DNA from: Bdellovibrionales bacterium
Lineage (GTDB): Bacteria > Bdellovibrionota > Bdellovibrionia > Bdellovibrionales > Bdellovibrionaceae
DNA length: 64,000 nucleotides
Assembly: GCA_046336915.1 (NCBI GenBank)
Contig: JBKDHV010000027.1
Coordinates: 733 to 64,732 of the forward strand
Direction: 5' to 3'
Part shown: in pieces, positions 1 to 7,916 of the stretch
Layout of the letters: each line of letters opens with the position of its first letter
Numbering within the stretch: the first letter of the stretch is position 1
The notes under the pieces: model-generated
Databases searched by the model: none
The model's input: only the letters and a program-made list of their open reading frames with translations
What the model was told of the DNA's origin: nothing
Translations under genes and position numbers: made by a program

Positions 1-95
1 AAAAGTTCTTCCCCGCCGAGGACTATCATCAAGACTATCTTGTGAAGAACCCGAACGGCTATACCTGCCACTACTACCGAGATATTAAATTCTAG
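1..95 (+). CDS. msrA: peptide-methionine (S)-S-oxide reductase MsrA, C-terminal end only (5' part lies outside the window)
   Basis: Frame 3 reads KFFPAEDYHQDYLVKNPNGYTCHYYRDIKF, then TAG at 93-95. AEDYHQxYLxKNPxGY is the conserved MsrA C-terminal signature. Confidence 0.7.
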   Translation, partial: KFFPAEDYHQDYLVKNPNGYTCHYYRDIKF

Positions 96-116
96 AACCG
101 CTCGGAAGTGGGCTCG

Positions 117-641
117 TTAGGCCGACTTCTTGCGGTTGTTGTGAAGATCGTAGTCCTTCTTGAGCACCCAAAGCGAGCGCTTAATGTGCTTCAGCTTTTG
201 CAGAGCTTCGAAGGGCAGCTGGGAATTTTGGTAGGCCTTTTCGACTTCGCTTTCCGCGTGCCGAATGGCATGTCCCAAATCGAGACCGATATCGACAATC
301 GGGAGAAGCTTCTTTTCGTCAAAGGGCTTATCGATAAAATCAAGGGCCCCCAATTGAAGCGCCTCAACAGTATTTCGTTTATCGCCGTAGCCTGAAACAA
401 TCACAAACGGGGTTTCCAGGCCAAGAGCTCGGATTTCTCTTAGAAGATCTAGTCCGCTCATCCGGGGCATATTGATGTCGGAAATAATGCAATCTAGAGG
501 TTCCTTCGCAAGGATCTCCAGGGCCTCTTCACCATTGGCCGCGACTCGGATGTCCATAGTTAAGACAGCGCAAAGATCCGACAGGATTTCGCAGATATCG
601 GGTTCATCATCAACAATCAACAAGCGTCTTTGTTCTTTCAT
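117..641 (-). CDS. stand-alone response regulator (CheY-like receiver plus about 55-aa C-terminal extension)
   Basis: 174 aa. LLIVDDEP, ISDINMPRMSG, VIVSGYGD and FIDKPF give the full set of receiver residues. No recognisable output domain. Clear paralogue of 2828-3376. Confidence 0.85.
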   Translation of the reverse strand: MKEQRRLLIVDDEPDICEILSDLCAVLTMDIRVAANGEEALEILAKEPLDCIISDINMPRMSGLDLLREIRALGLETPFVIVSGYGDKRNTVEALQLGALDFIDKPFDEKKLLPIVDIGLDLGHAIRHAESEVEKAYQNSQLPFEALQKLKHIKRSLWVLKKDYDLHNNRKKSA

Positions 642-769
642 GAGCGACCTCTTAAGTTACTTATCGGTCTTTTTGAAGAAAGCCGCAGTGAAAACTCGCT
701 CTCGAGAACTCTTGAGAGGCCTGTCAGACACTTCTGACGGGGGCCGATCTTCGCTCTGACAGGGGACGA

Positions 770-1423
770 CTAATTTTGATCCACGGGAACTAATTGATGT
801 TGGAGAGCATACTGGATGAGATCGGCATTCGTTCGTTTTCCAAGCTTTTTGAGGACTCGCGCTCGGTAGGTGCTGACCGTTTTCACGCTCAGATCCAGAG
901 CCTCGCTGATCTCGGTGAGGGTCTTTCCGTGAGCGATATCGACGAGAATGCGGAACTCTCGATCCGAGAGCTTTTCGTGGGGGGGCTGGTTATCTTGGGG
1001 CGAGGACAGGTGCCGGGCCAGCAGATGGGCAGCCTTCGAAGTGATGTATTTTTCTCCTCGAATAATCGTCATCAGCGCTTGCGCAAGCTGCTCGGGCGCA
1101 CACTCTTTGGTCAGATAGCCCGAGGCGCCCGAGCGCAGCGCTCGTAGGGCGTATTGATCCTCAGGGTGCATACTCAGAATTAGGACAGGGATATGGGCCC
1201 ACTGGGTCTTAAGATCCTCAAGAATCTCAAGGCCGCCCTTACCCGCTAAAGACAAATCGAGAATAATGGCATGGGGCGGGGGCTGAGTCTTCAAGAGCTC
1301 AAAAAGCTCTTGAGCCGAACCGGCTTCGGCCGTAACCCGCAGAATCTCGCTCTCGGTTTGAATAATCTGTTTAAGCCCCTGTCGAATGACCGCGTGATCA
1401 TCCACGACCCATATGGGAATCAT
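770..1423 (-). CDS. NarL/FixJ-family response regulator (receiver + LuxR-type HTH)
   Basis: 217 aa. VVDDHAVIRQGL, IILDLSLAGKGG and GYLTK receiver motifs. C-terminal LSDREFRILVDIAHGKTLTEISEALDLSVKTVSTYRARVLKKLG is a LuxR/GerE HTH. Its start overlaps the stop of the upstream kinase by 4 nt. Confidence 0.9.
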   Translation of the reverse strand: MIPIWVVDDHAVIRQGLKQIIQTESEILRVTAEAGSAQELFELLKTQPPPHAIILDLSLAGKGGLEILEDLKTQWAHIPVLILSMHPEDQYALRALRSGASGYLTKECAPEQLAQALMTIIRGEKYITSKAAHLLARHLSSPQDNQPPHEKLSDREFRILVDIAHGKTLTEISEALDLSVKTVSTYRARVLKKLGKRTNADLIQYALQHQLVPVDQN

Positions 1424-2826
1424 GTCAGAGTCCTTTCTGATGTCGGGATAAAGGCCACAAGTTCAAGCCCTCCTCCCTTGGCATTCTCCAGTGTCAACTG
1501 TCCTTCGTAAGGACGCAACCGTTCTCGTATGCCCGCAAGGCCCGAGCCCATGCGTTTCTCAATATGAGAAAATTCAAGGCCTCGTCCATAATCGCGCACG
1601 CTCAATTGAACTCCCTTCGGAGAGCTCGAGACTTGCACACTTATTTTTCGTGTTTGTGAATGGCGAATCGCGTTCGTTACGGCCTCTTGAAGAATTCGAA
1701 AAAGTGCAACTGTTCTTTCGGACGAAAGCGGAAGATTGTCGGAATCCACCTTCAGTTCGCAAGGAATCCCTGTGCGCTCTTCGATTTTTCGCAGCCACCA
1801 CTCGGCCGCCGAGACCAGTCCCAAATCCTCCAGGGCTGCGGGTCTGAGGTCGGCGACAACACTTCGAACCGACTGGATGATGCCCTCAATTGAATTAATA
1901 TAGTGCTGAATCTTTTCCTGATCCTGAGATTCGGGCGGCAAGGCCTTTTTATGAAGAAACATTTCCATTTTTAGCACCGTGAGGGATTGGCCCAGTTCAT
2001 CGTGGATCTCGCGCGAGATCCGAGCTCGTTCTTCTTCTTGAGCCTGCTGCAGACGAAATGACAACTGTCGTAGTGCCTTCAGATTGGCTTCGATGGATTG
2101 TTCGGACTTCTTTTTTTCCGTGATATCTGTCCGAATCGCCATGTACTGGTAGGGTTTCCCTTCTAGATCCAAGAAGGGGACAATCACCGTCGACACCCAA
2201 TAAAAACTTCCATCTTTAGCGCGATTCAAAATGTCTCCGCGCCAAACGGAGCCTGATGAGATTGTGGCCCAGAGATTTTGAAAGAAAGCCTTGGGATGAT
2301 GACCTGAATTAATAATCTGATGAGTTTTCCCGATTAGCTCCTCACGAGAGTATTTCGAGATCTCACAGAACTTCTCGTTCACATAGGTGATGACACCGCG
2401 GGTGTCTGTTGTGGCCAGAATCGAGGACTGATTCAGGGCGAACTTGAAGTCGGAAAGATGCTTAAGAGCCTCTTCAAGGGCCGCTTTTTGGCGTTGTCCG
2501 TGATGAAGAAGCCACACCAGTCCGCTCGAGAGAACCAAGAACAAGGTCATTTGAACTTTTTCGGCCCACGGTAGTACCAGGGGTCCCGCGGGATCTTTGG
2601 AAAGCAAGTAGCCTGCGCACACGGCCGCCACGACCGAGGCCATCAGGCCAGGAATCATTCCCAACAGCCACGCCGATAGCATGACGGCCGGATAGAGCAA
2701 AAGAAACACAACAACAAAATGGGGAAGCAAAATGTACTTGGAAATCCAAAAGGCAAGCAGAACAAATGAAACCGCCAGAAGCGTCGATCGAATCTGCTTC
2801 AAGACGTGTCCGAAGAACTTTGGCAT
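1420..2826 (-). CDS. membrane sensor histidine kinase (TM region, PAS, HisKA_3, HATPase_c; NarX/DegS type)
   Basis: 468 aa. Hydrophobic N-terminus with about 4 TM segments. PAS-like ATTDTRGVITYVNEKFCEISKYSREELIGK. H-box REIHDELGQSLT. ATPase motifs EAVTNAIRHS, DYGRG and GSGLAGIRER. Confidence 0.85.
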   Translation of the reverse strand: MPKFFGHVLKQIRSTLLAVSFVLLAFWISKYILLPHFVVVFLLLYPAVMLSAWLLGMIPGLMASVVAAVCAGYLLSKDPAGPLVLPWAEKVQMTLFLVLSSGLVWLLHHGQRQKAALEEALKHLSDFKFALNQSSILATTDTRGVITYVNEKFCEISKYSREELIGKTHQIINSGHHPKAFFQNLWATISSGSVWRGDILNRAKDGSFYWVSTVIVPFLDLEGKPYQYMAIRTDITEKKKSEQSIEANLKALRQLSFRLQQAQEEERARISREIHDELGQSLTVLKMEMFLHKKALPPESQDQEKIQHYINSIEGIIQSVRSVVADLRPAALEDLGLVSAAEWWLRKIEERTGIPCELKVDSDNLPLSSERTVALFRILQEAVTNAIRHSQTRKISVQVSSSPKGVQLSVRDYGRGLEFSHIEKRMGSGLAGIRERLRPYEGQLTLENAKGGGLELVAFIPTSERTLT

Positions 2827-2827
2827 T

Positions 2828-3376
2828 TTAAGAGGTCTTCATGCGGATCTTGTCGAATTCCTCTGAAAATTTAAGTTTCCACAGCTCTTTGCGGGCCTTG
2901 TGAACCTCACGTAGGCTTTCGGCAGGAACCGTGGCCTGGTTGCTAAAGAAAGCAACTTCAGTTTCGAGGGCATTCAAAGCCGCTCCAAGATCCAAGGCCA
3001 AATTGACGTAGTTCAAAAGCTTTTTTTCTTGAAAAGGTTTTTCAAGAAAGTCGCTCGCACCAAGCTGCAGCGCTTTAGCAATACTGGCCTGATCGCTGAA
3101 CCCAGTTAGGAAAATGAAAGGAACCTCAAGACCTCGTTGGCGGATGTTGATGAAAAGTTGGATCCCTGTCATTCGAGGCATCATGATATCGGATAGAACC
3201 GCATCGACTTTTCGACTTTCAAAGATAGCAAGAGCCTCATAGCCATCAGAAGCCACATCAATATGCGCTGTCAGGGGTTTGCAAATATCCTTGAGGATAC
3301 TGAGAAGTTCGGGCTCGTCATCTACGATTAGCAGTCGTCTTTTTTCAGTGGGCATCTTCATCATCCGTTTTTGCAA
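2828..3376 (-). CDS. stand-alone response regulator (paralogue of 117-641)
   Basis: 182 aa. LLIVDDEP, LSDIMMPRMTG, FLTGFSD and FLEKPF. Same C-terminal extension architecture as 117-641. First gene of the receiver-kinase-NarL operon. Confidence 0.85.
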   Translation of the reverse strand: MQKRMMKMPTEKRRLLIVDDEPELLSILKDICKPLTAHIDVASDGYEALAIFESRKVDAVLSDIMMPRMTGIQLFINIRQRGLEVPFIFLTGFSDQASIAKALQLGASDFLEKPFQEKKLLNYVNLALDLGAALNALETEVAFFSNQATVPAESLREVHKARKELWKLKFSEEFDKIRMKTS

Positions 3377-3474
3377 TTTTGATTCTTGTCTATTATCAAT
3401 CTATCTTATGGGAAAAGACGGTCAAGATTTCTTAACAGACCCAGCGCAAGGGCGATCGACTTCCCCGTCCAGTC

Positions 3475-3520
3475 AAGTCGGGACACTTCGTCTGGTCACA
3501 GGCTAGAGGTGTCCCGACTT
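3475..3520. repeat. perfect 12-bp inverted repeat AAGTCGGGACAC-N22-GTGTCCCGACTT in a divergent intergenic region
   Basis: Read directly from the sequence. It lies between the minus-strand regulator operon (start 3376) and the plus-strand kinase gene (start 3681). Confidence 0.6.
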
Positions 3521-3680
3521 TAGGAGGGCAGAAGGCTCCCAGTCCGACCGCATTCCTCGGAGGGTTTTAGTCGAACATTTACTTTCGTTGGGAGTTTCGT
3601 AAACTGAAGGGGTAAACCGCAACAAGTCGATAGGGAACTTCTGGGAGCTTCACTCTCGAGATGATCGAGTTCGACGGAAT

Positions 3681-6600
3681 GTGATGCCATATAACATGAA
3701 TTTATTTGAGCGCGCTTGGTTGCGGACCCTTCTCCTCAATTTGGCAACCATGGGACTGTACATTCTTGCTGGCTACATTGGAGTGAGCTTGGCCTCACTT
3801 CAACACCAGACAACACCCGTTTGGCCCGCGACGGGAATTGCCATGAGCTGCCTTTTTATTTGGGGCCTACGCGTGGGCTTTGGCGTTTTCCTAGGCTCTA
3901 TCTTTTTCAGTTTGAAGATGGGACTGCCGCTTGGGCCCACTCTTTTTGTCAGCCTTGGTCACACGGTCGAGGCCTCCGTTGCGGTCCTTCTTTTTCACTA
4001 CTTTCTTCGAAGACCCGAGCCTTTTGGGCCGCAGGGGCGGCTGATCTTTTCTATCTTGGCCGTTTTCTTCACATCCGCGATTAACTCGCTTTGGGGAACT
4101 GCAACTCTCTATCTGTTCTCGATGATCGAAGTTCATGAGGTCTACAGCCACATGATCACCCGTTGGGTCGGGGGCACTCTGGGGGCCCTGTTTCTGGTTC
4201 CGATCGCCTATAAGATCTCGCAAAAGAGTTTTGAACTGCGGGGCTTAAGTTGGCTTCAATATGTGAAGCTCTTGGGGCTTTGGGTCGTCACGTTTTTGCT
4301 AACAAACTTTGTCTTTTCGACGGGGTTTGGAGAAACCTTTTTCTTTTTTCTTTTTGTGCCGCTGTTGTTCGCGGTTTGGTGGTTTAACTCCAGTTGGGGC
4401 TATCTGATCTCCTTGTTTATTTGCGGTTGGGCAATCTGGCAAACTTCAAAGGGGCAGGGGCCCTTCGTCACGGGAAATTTAAATGAAAGCTTGATGCATT
4501 TGCAGCTCTTTCTGGCCAGCTTGGCTCTAACGGCCGTCGGATTGGGCCTCATGAAGTCCGAGGGGCTTCGGAAAAGATCGGCCCTCGTGCTGATGCTAGG
4601 TTGGATCCTGTCAGGCGTTTCATTTTACTTTTTCTCGGTCATGGCTCACGAAAAGGATACCATATTCTTCCAGCATCAAGTGGAAGAAGCTGAAGACCGA
4701 ATTCGAACACGTTTTAAGGAACATGTGGACTTGCTCGAAGCCGGTGCCAGTTTCTTTGATGCGACTCCCTTTATCTCAGATGAGAACTGGCATCGGTTCA
4801 CTCATCGAATCGTCACAGATCCTGATTTCCACGGGCTCCATGGTTTAGGAGTGATCTTCAAATCGTCTTCGACGATGCCATCTGAGTTTCGTCATGAAGT
4901 TGGACTTCGTGACCGACTTGAAAATTTTCGAATTCATTCGGTCCCGGGCTTGTCGGGCGACGAGAAAGTCGCGAGACCTGAATCGAACTTTGTGATCACT
5001 TATGTCGAGCCGAAAAAACGGAATCAACCGGCCATCGGGTTGAATGTCGCAACCGAACGCCGGCGTTTAAAAGCCGCTGAGCTTGCGCGCGACACCGGGC
5101 AGGCTGTGATGACGGAGCCCGTCACCCTCGTCCAAGATGAACGAAAAAGACCCGGGTTCCTGCTCTTCTTTCCCATTTACAAAAAGAACTCTGACTTGAG
5201 TTCTCTAGAAGCACGACGGCGGGCCCACTTTGGTTTTATCTATGCACCGATTATCGCCGAACAATTCTTTCGTTCGACATCTCTTAACTCGGAACAGGCC
5301 CTAAGCCTAAAAGTTGAAGCCCTCATTCCGGGTGAGTCACCTAGTCTGCTTTTCAGATCCCAGGGTGCCTACGATAGCGTAAGGTATTCAACTCGCCGCA
5401 CGCTGAACTTCGGGGGTGTTCCCCTTCTTTTTGAATGGACCGCTCATCAGATTTTGGCCTCGTCCTCAAGTCTGCTCGCTTCTTGGTTGGGTTTTAGCGG
5501 CGCGATGTGCAGTTTGCTGTTGGCGCTGATGCTTGCGAACTTCGAAAATCTGACCGAGCGGGCCCAGCGTATTGCTAACGAGAAGTCTCAAGAGGCACTC
5601 CAGCGTCGACGCATTTGGCAGACCCTCGCCGAAACCTCGCCGGTCGGAATCTATCTGATGGATCAGCAAGAGCTTTGCACCTATGTGAATCCGACTTGGA
5701 CACAGTTAACGGGGCTGACTCTTCCTGAGGCGATGGGAAATGGGTGGGAAAGAGCCGTGCATCCCGAGGATCGTGAACTTGTCCAACGAGAGTGGAACAA
5801 GATGCGAACCGAAGGCCGCTTTACCGCCAGTTTCCGCTATTTAAATCCCAACGATGGCAAGGTTCGCTACGTTCAGGGCCAGGCCGTTCCCCTCGTAAAC
5901 GAGAACGGAGAGTCCTCGGGATATTTGGGAACCGTCCAGGACGTTACAGATCTGCATCTGCAACAGGCCGCGCTGATTTCGTCGTCTCGCTTGTCTTCAC
6001 TGGGTGAAATGGCCAGCGGTGTCGCTCATGAAATCAATAATCCCCTGACGATTATTATTGGCAAGGCTCGAAAGATTGAAGCTATGATCGATCCGATCGA
6101 AATTGAACGAGAGGCGATTCAGGTTCAGGCTCAACAGATTGTGAAGACAGCCCATCGGATTTCGAAGATTATCAAGGGACTTCAGGCCTTCGCCAGAGAA
6201 ACCACGAACGAGCCCTTTGAGCCTGTTCTCGTACAGGACCTGCTTCAAAACACCCTTGAGTTGTGCCGCGAGAGATTTACGAAGAATCATACAGAACTCA
6301 TAGTCCAGTCGCCTTCGAACCTCGCCCTTAAATTCTTTGGGCGAGAGGAGCAGATCTCTCAGGTCCTGATGAACCTGCTGAATAACTCTTTTGATGCCGT
6401 TCAGAACAGTCCGGAAAAATGGGTCAAAATTGAGGTTACGACAGAGGGCGCGAGACTTCGTATCGCAGTGACGGATTCGGGCCCTGGGGTCAAGCCAGAC
6501 ATTGAACAGAAAATTTATGATCCTTTCTTCACAACAAAAGAGATTGGCAAAGGCACGGGATTAGGGTTGAGTATTTCTAAGGGAATTGTTGAGCGTCATA

Positions 6601-6698
6601 GGGGAAAGCTCTATTACGATTCGAGCTCAAAGCACACCAGGTTCGTTGTTGAACTTGACGTGCTTCAGGCCGACTCAACAGCGGTGCAGGGGGCGTAA
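3681..6698 (+). CDS. multidomain sensor histidine kinase (MASE1, CHASE, PAS, HisKA, HATPase_c)
   Basis: 1005 aa. N-terminal polytopic region with the MASE1-like TTPVWPATGIAMSCLFIWG. CHASE-like NFVITYVEPKKRNQPAIGLNVATERRR...VTLVQDERKRPGFLLFFPIY. PAS VGIYLMDQQELCTYVNPTWTQLTG. H-box SGVAHEINNPLT. N, G1 and G2 boxes LLNNSFDA, DSGPGV and GTGLGLSIS. GTG/ATG start at 3681/3684. Confidence 0.85.
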   Translation: MMPYNMNLFERAWLRTLLLNLATMGLYILAGYIGVSLASLQHQTTPVWPATGIAMSCLFIWGLRVGFGVFLGSIFFSLKMGLPLGPTLFVSLGHTVEASVAVLLFHYFLRRPEPFGPQGRLIFSILAVFFTSAINSLWGTATLYLFSMIEVHEVYSHMITRWVGGTLGALFLVPIAYKISQKSFELRGLSWLQYVKLLGLWVVTFLLTNFVFSTGFGETFFFFLFVPLLFAVWWFNSSWGYLISLFICGWAIWQTSKGQGPFVTGNLNESLMHLQLFLASLALTAVGLGLMKSEGLRKRSALVLMLGWILSGVSFYFFSVMAHEKDTIFFQHQVEEAEDRIRTRFKEHVDLLEAGASFFDATPFISDENWHRFTHRIVTDPDFHGLHGLGVIFKSSSTMPSEFRHEVGLRDRLENFRIHSVPGLSGDEKVARPESNFVITYVEPKKRNQPAIGLNVATERRRLKAAELARDTGQAVMTEPVTLVQDERKRPGFLLFFPIYKKNSDLSSLEARRRAHFGFIYAPIIAEQFFRSTSLNSEQALSLKVEALIPGESPSLLFRSQGAYDSVRYSTRRTLNFGGVPLLFEWTAHQILASSSSLLASWLGFSGAMCSLLLALMLANFENLTERAQRIANEKSQEALQRRRIWQTLAETSPVGIYLMDQQELCTYVNPTWTQLTGLTLPEAMGNGWERAVHPEDRELVQREWNKMRTEGRFTASFRYLNPNDGKVRYVQGQAVPLVNENGESSGYLGTVQDVTDLHLQQAALISSSRLSSLGEMASGVAHEINNPLTIIIGKARKIEAMIDPIEIEREAIQVQAQQIVKTAHRISKIIKGLQAFARETTNEPFEPVLVQDLLQNTLELCRERFTKNHTELIVQSPSNLALKFFGREEQISQVLMNLLNNSFDAVQNSPEKWVKIEVTTEGARLRIAVTDSGPGVKPDIEQKIYDPFFTTKEIGKGTGLGLSISKGIVERHRGKLYYDSSSKHTRFVVELDVLQADSTAVQGA

Positions 6699-7082
6699 AT
6701 GACAAAGACCATTTTAATTGTCGACGACGAACCAGTTCTTCGAGAAATTCTGCGCGACTACTTCGAAGCCCATCACTTTAAAGTCTTCGAGGCTGAAAAT
6801 GGTCGGCAGGCCCTTCAGGTTGTCCAAGATAAACCGATCGAGTGTGTGCTCTCAGATATTCGAATGCCCAAGGGTAGTGGAATTGAGTTGGCCGAAAAGC
6901 TTCACAAGATGCCATCTCCCAAGCCCAAATTGATCCTGATGACGGGTTATAGCGATGTCAGTGCAGAACAAGCTCAAAAACTAGGGGTCATCAAAGTTCT
7001 AAGTAAGCCCTTTGAGCCCGCAGTTCTTTTGGAGGAAGTGCGGAAGGTTCTCAGTCCTAATCCTTCTCAGGATTTACCTTAA
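6699..7082 (+). CDS. single-domain response regulator (CheY-like)
   Basis: 127 aa. ILIVDDEP, LSDIRMPKGSG, LMTGYSD and LSKPF. Its ATG directly abuts the kinase stop codon (TAAATG). Confidence 0.9.
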   Translation: MTKTILIVDDEPVLREILRDYFEAHHFKVFEAENGRQALQVVQDKPIECVLSDIRMPKGSGIELAEKLHKMPSPKPKLILMTGYSDVSAEQAQKLGVIKVLSKPFEPAVLLEEVRKVLSPNPSQDLP

Positions 7083-7089
7083 AAGAAGT

Positions 7090-7800
7090 TTAAACGGTCT
7101 TGCTTTCATCAAGCGTCATCGTGTACCCAATTCCGGGTGCGGTTCGAATTAAGTGACTATAGGGACTGATCTTTTTCCGCAGCGAAGAGACATGTTTATC
7201 AATACTTCGCGATTCGATATGAATGTTCTCGCCCCAAACGGTCACTCGAATTTTATCCCGAGCTAAAACTTGGCTGTCGTGATTCAGAAAGAGAACAAGC
7301 ATTTTGAATTCGATGGGCGTTAACTCAAGATCTTCAACTTTTGAGTTAACCTTTACGAACGCTTTCTGGGCCTCGAGATCAACCTCAAAGGGACCAAAAA
7401 TAATTCTGTTTGACCGTTTCGAGATGACTCGTCGGTAATAGATCTTCAGCGAGACCTGGGCGCAGAATTCATGGACTTTGAAAGGGCGTTGAATCAAATC
7501 ATTCGCGCCAGCGGAAAAGGCGGCCGCTCGAGACTGCTCGCTATACTCGTTGACGTCAGCAATCAGCAGGATCGGGAGCGTTTGCGCCATTTTCTGGTTT
7601 CGAAACTGCGTGCAAAGTTGAAAGCCATCAATGTCGGAAAGGTGCGCTTCGACAAGAACGAGATCATAGGGGCGCGCTTCGGCCTTTTCCGCCGCGGATT
7701 TCCCCGTCGCTGCGTAGTCAAGCTCGTAACGCTGGCCCAGCAAAGCTTGAACTTCAGTTTGAATCTCTTTCGAATCCGTGACCAGAAGGATTCGATCCAT
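7090..7800 (-). CDS. OmpR/PhoB-family response regulator with non-canonical receiver (Glu at the phospho-acceptor position)
   Basis: 236 aa. C-terminal winged helix LTPIEFKMLVLFLNHDSQVLARDKI...VSSLRKKI...IRTAPGIGY. The receiver aligns as YDLVLVEAHLSDIDG, where canonical proteins have DLvlLDlmLPgmDG. The conserved Lys motif reads IQRPF. Confidence 0.8.
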   Translation of the reverse strand: MDRILLVTDSKEIQTEVQALLGQRYELDYAATGKSAAEKAEARPYDLVLVEAHLSDIDGFQLCTQFRNQKMAQTLPILLIADVNEYSEQSRAAAFSAGANDLIQRPFKVHEFCAQVSLKIYYRRVISKRSNRIIFGPFEVDLEAQKAFVKVNSKVEDLELTPIEFKMLVLFLNHDSQVLARDKIRVTVWGENIHIESRSIDKHVSSLRKKISPYSHLIRTAPGIGYTMTLDESKTV

Positions 7801-7848
7801 GAATACCTCCCGAAGTGAGACTGGCTGATTATCTCAGGATTGGTCGCA

Positions 7849-7882
7849 GAAGGCGAATCTCGGAAGGCGAATCTCGGAAGGC
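7849..7882. repeat. tandem direct repeat, 14-bp unit GAAGGCGAATCTCG, about 2.4 copies
   Basis: Units at 7849-7862 and 7863-7876 are identical. A partial third copy GAAGGC sits at 7877-7882. It lies between the end of the gliding operon and the start of the OmpR-type regulator. Confidence 0.9.
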
Positions 7883-7916
7883 CTGTTAAGAAAAATTAAC
7901 CTCAGCTAGAAGCTGT

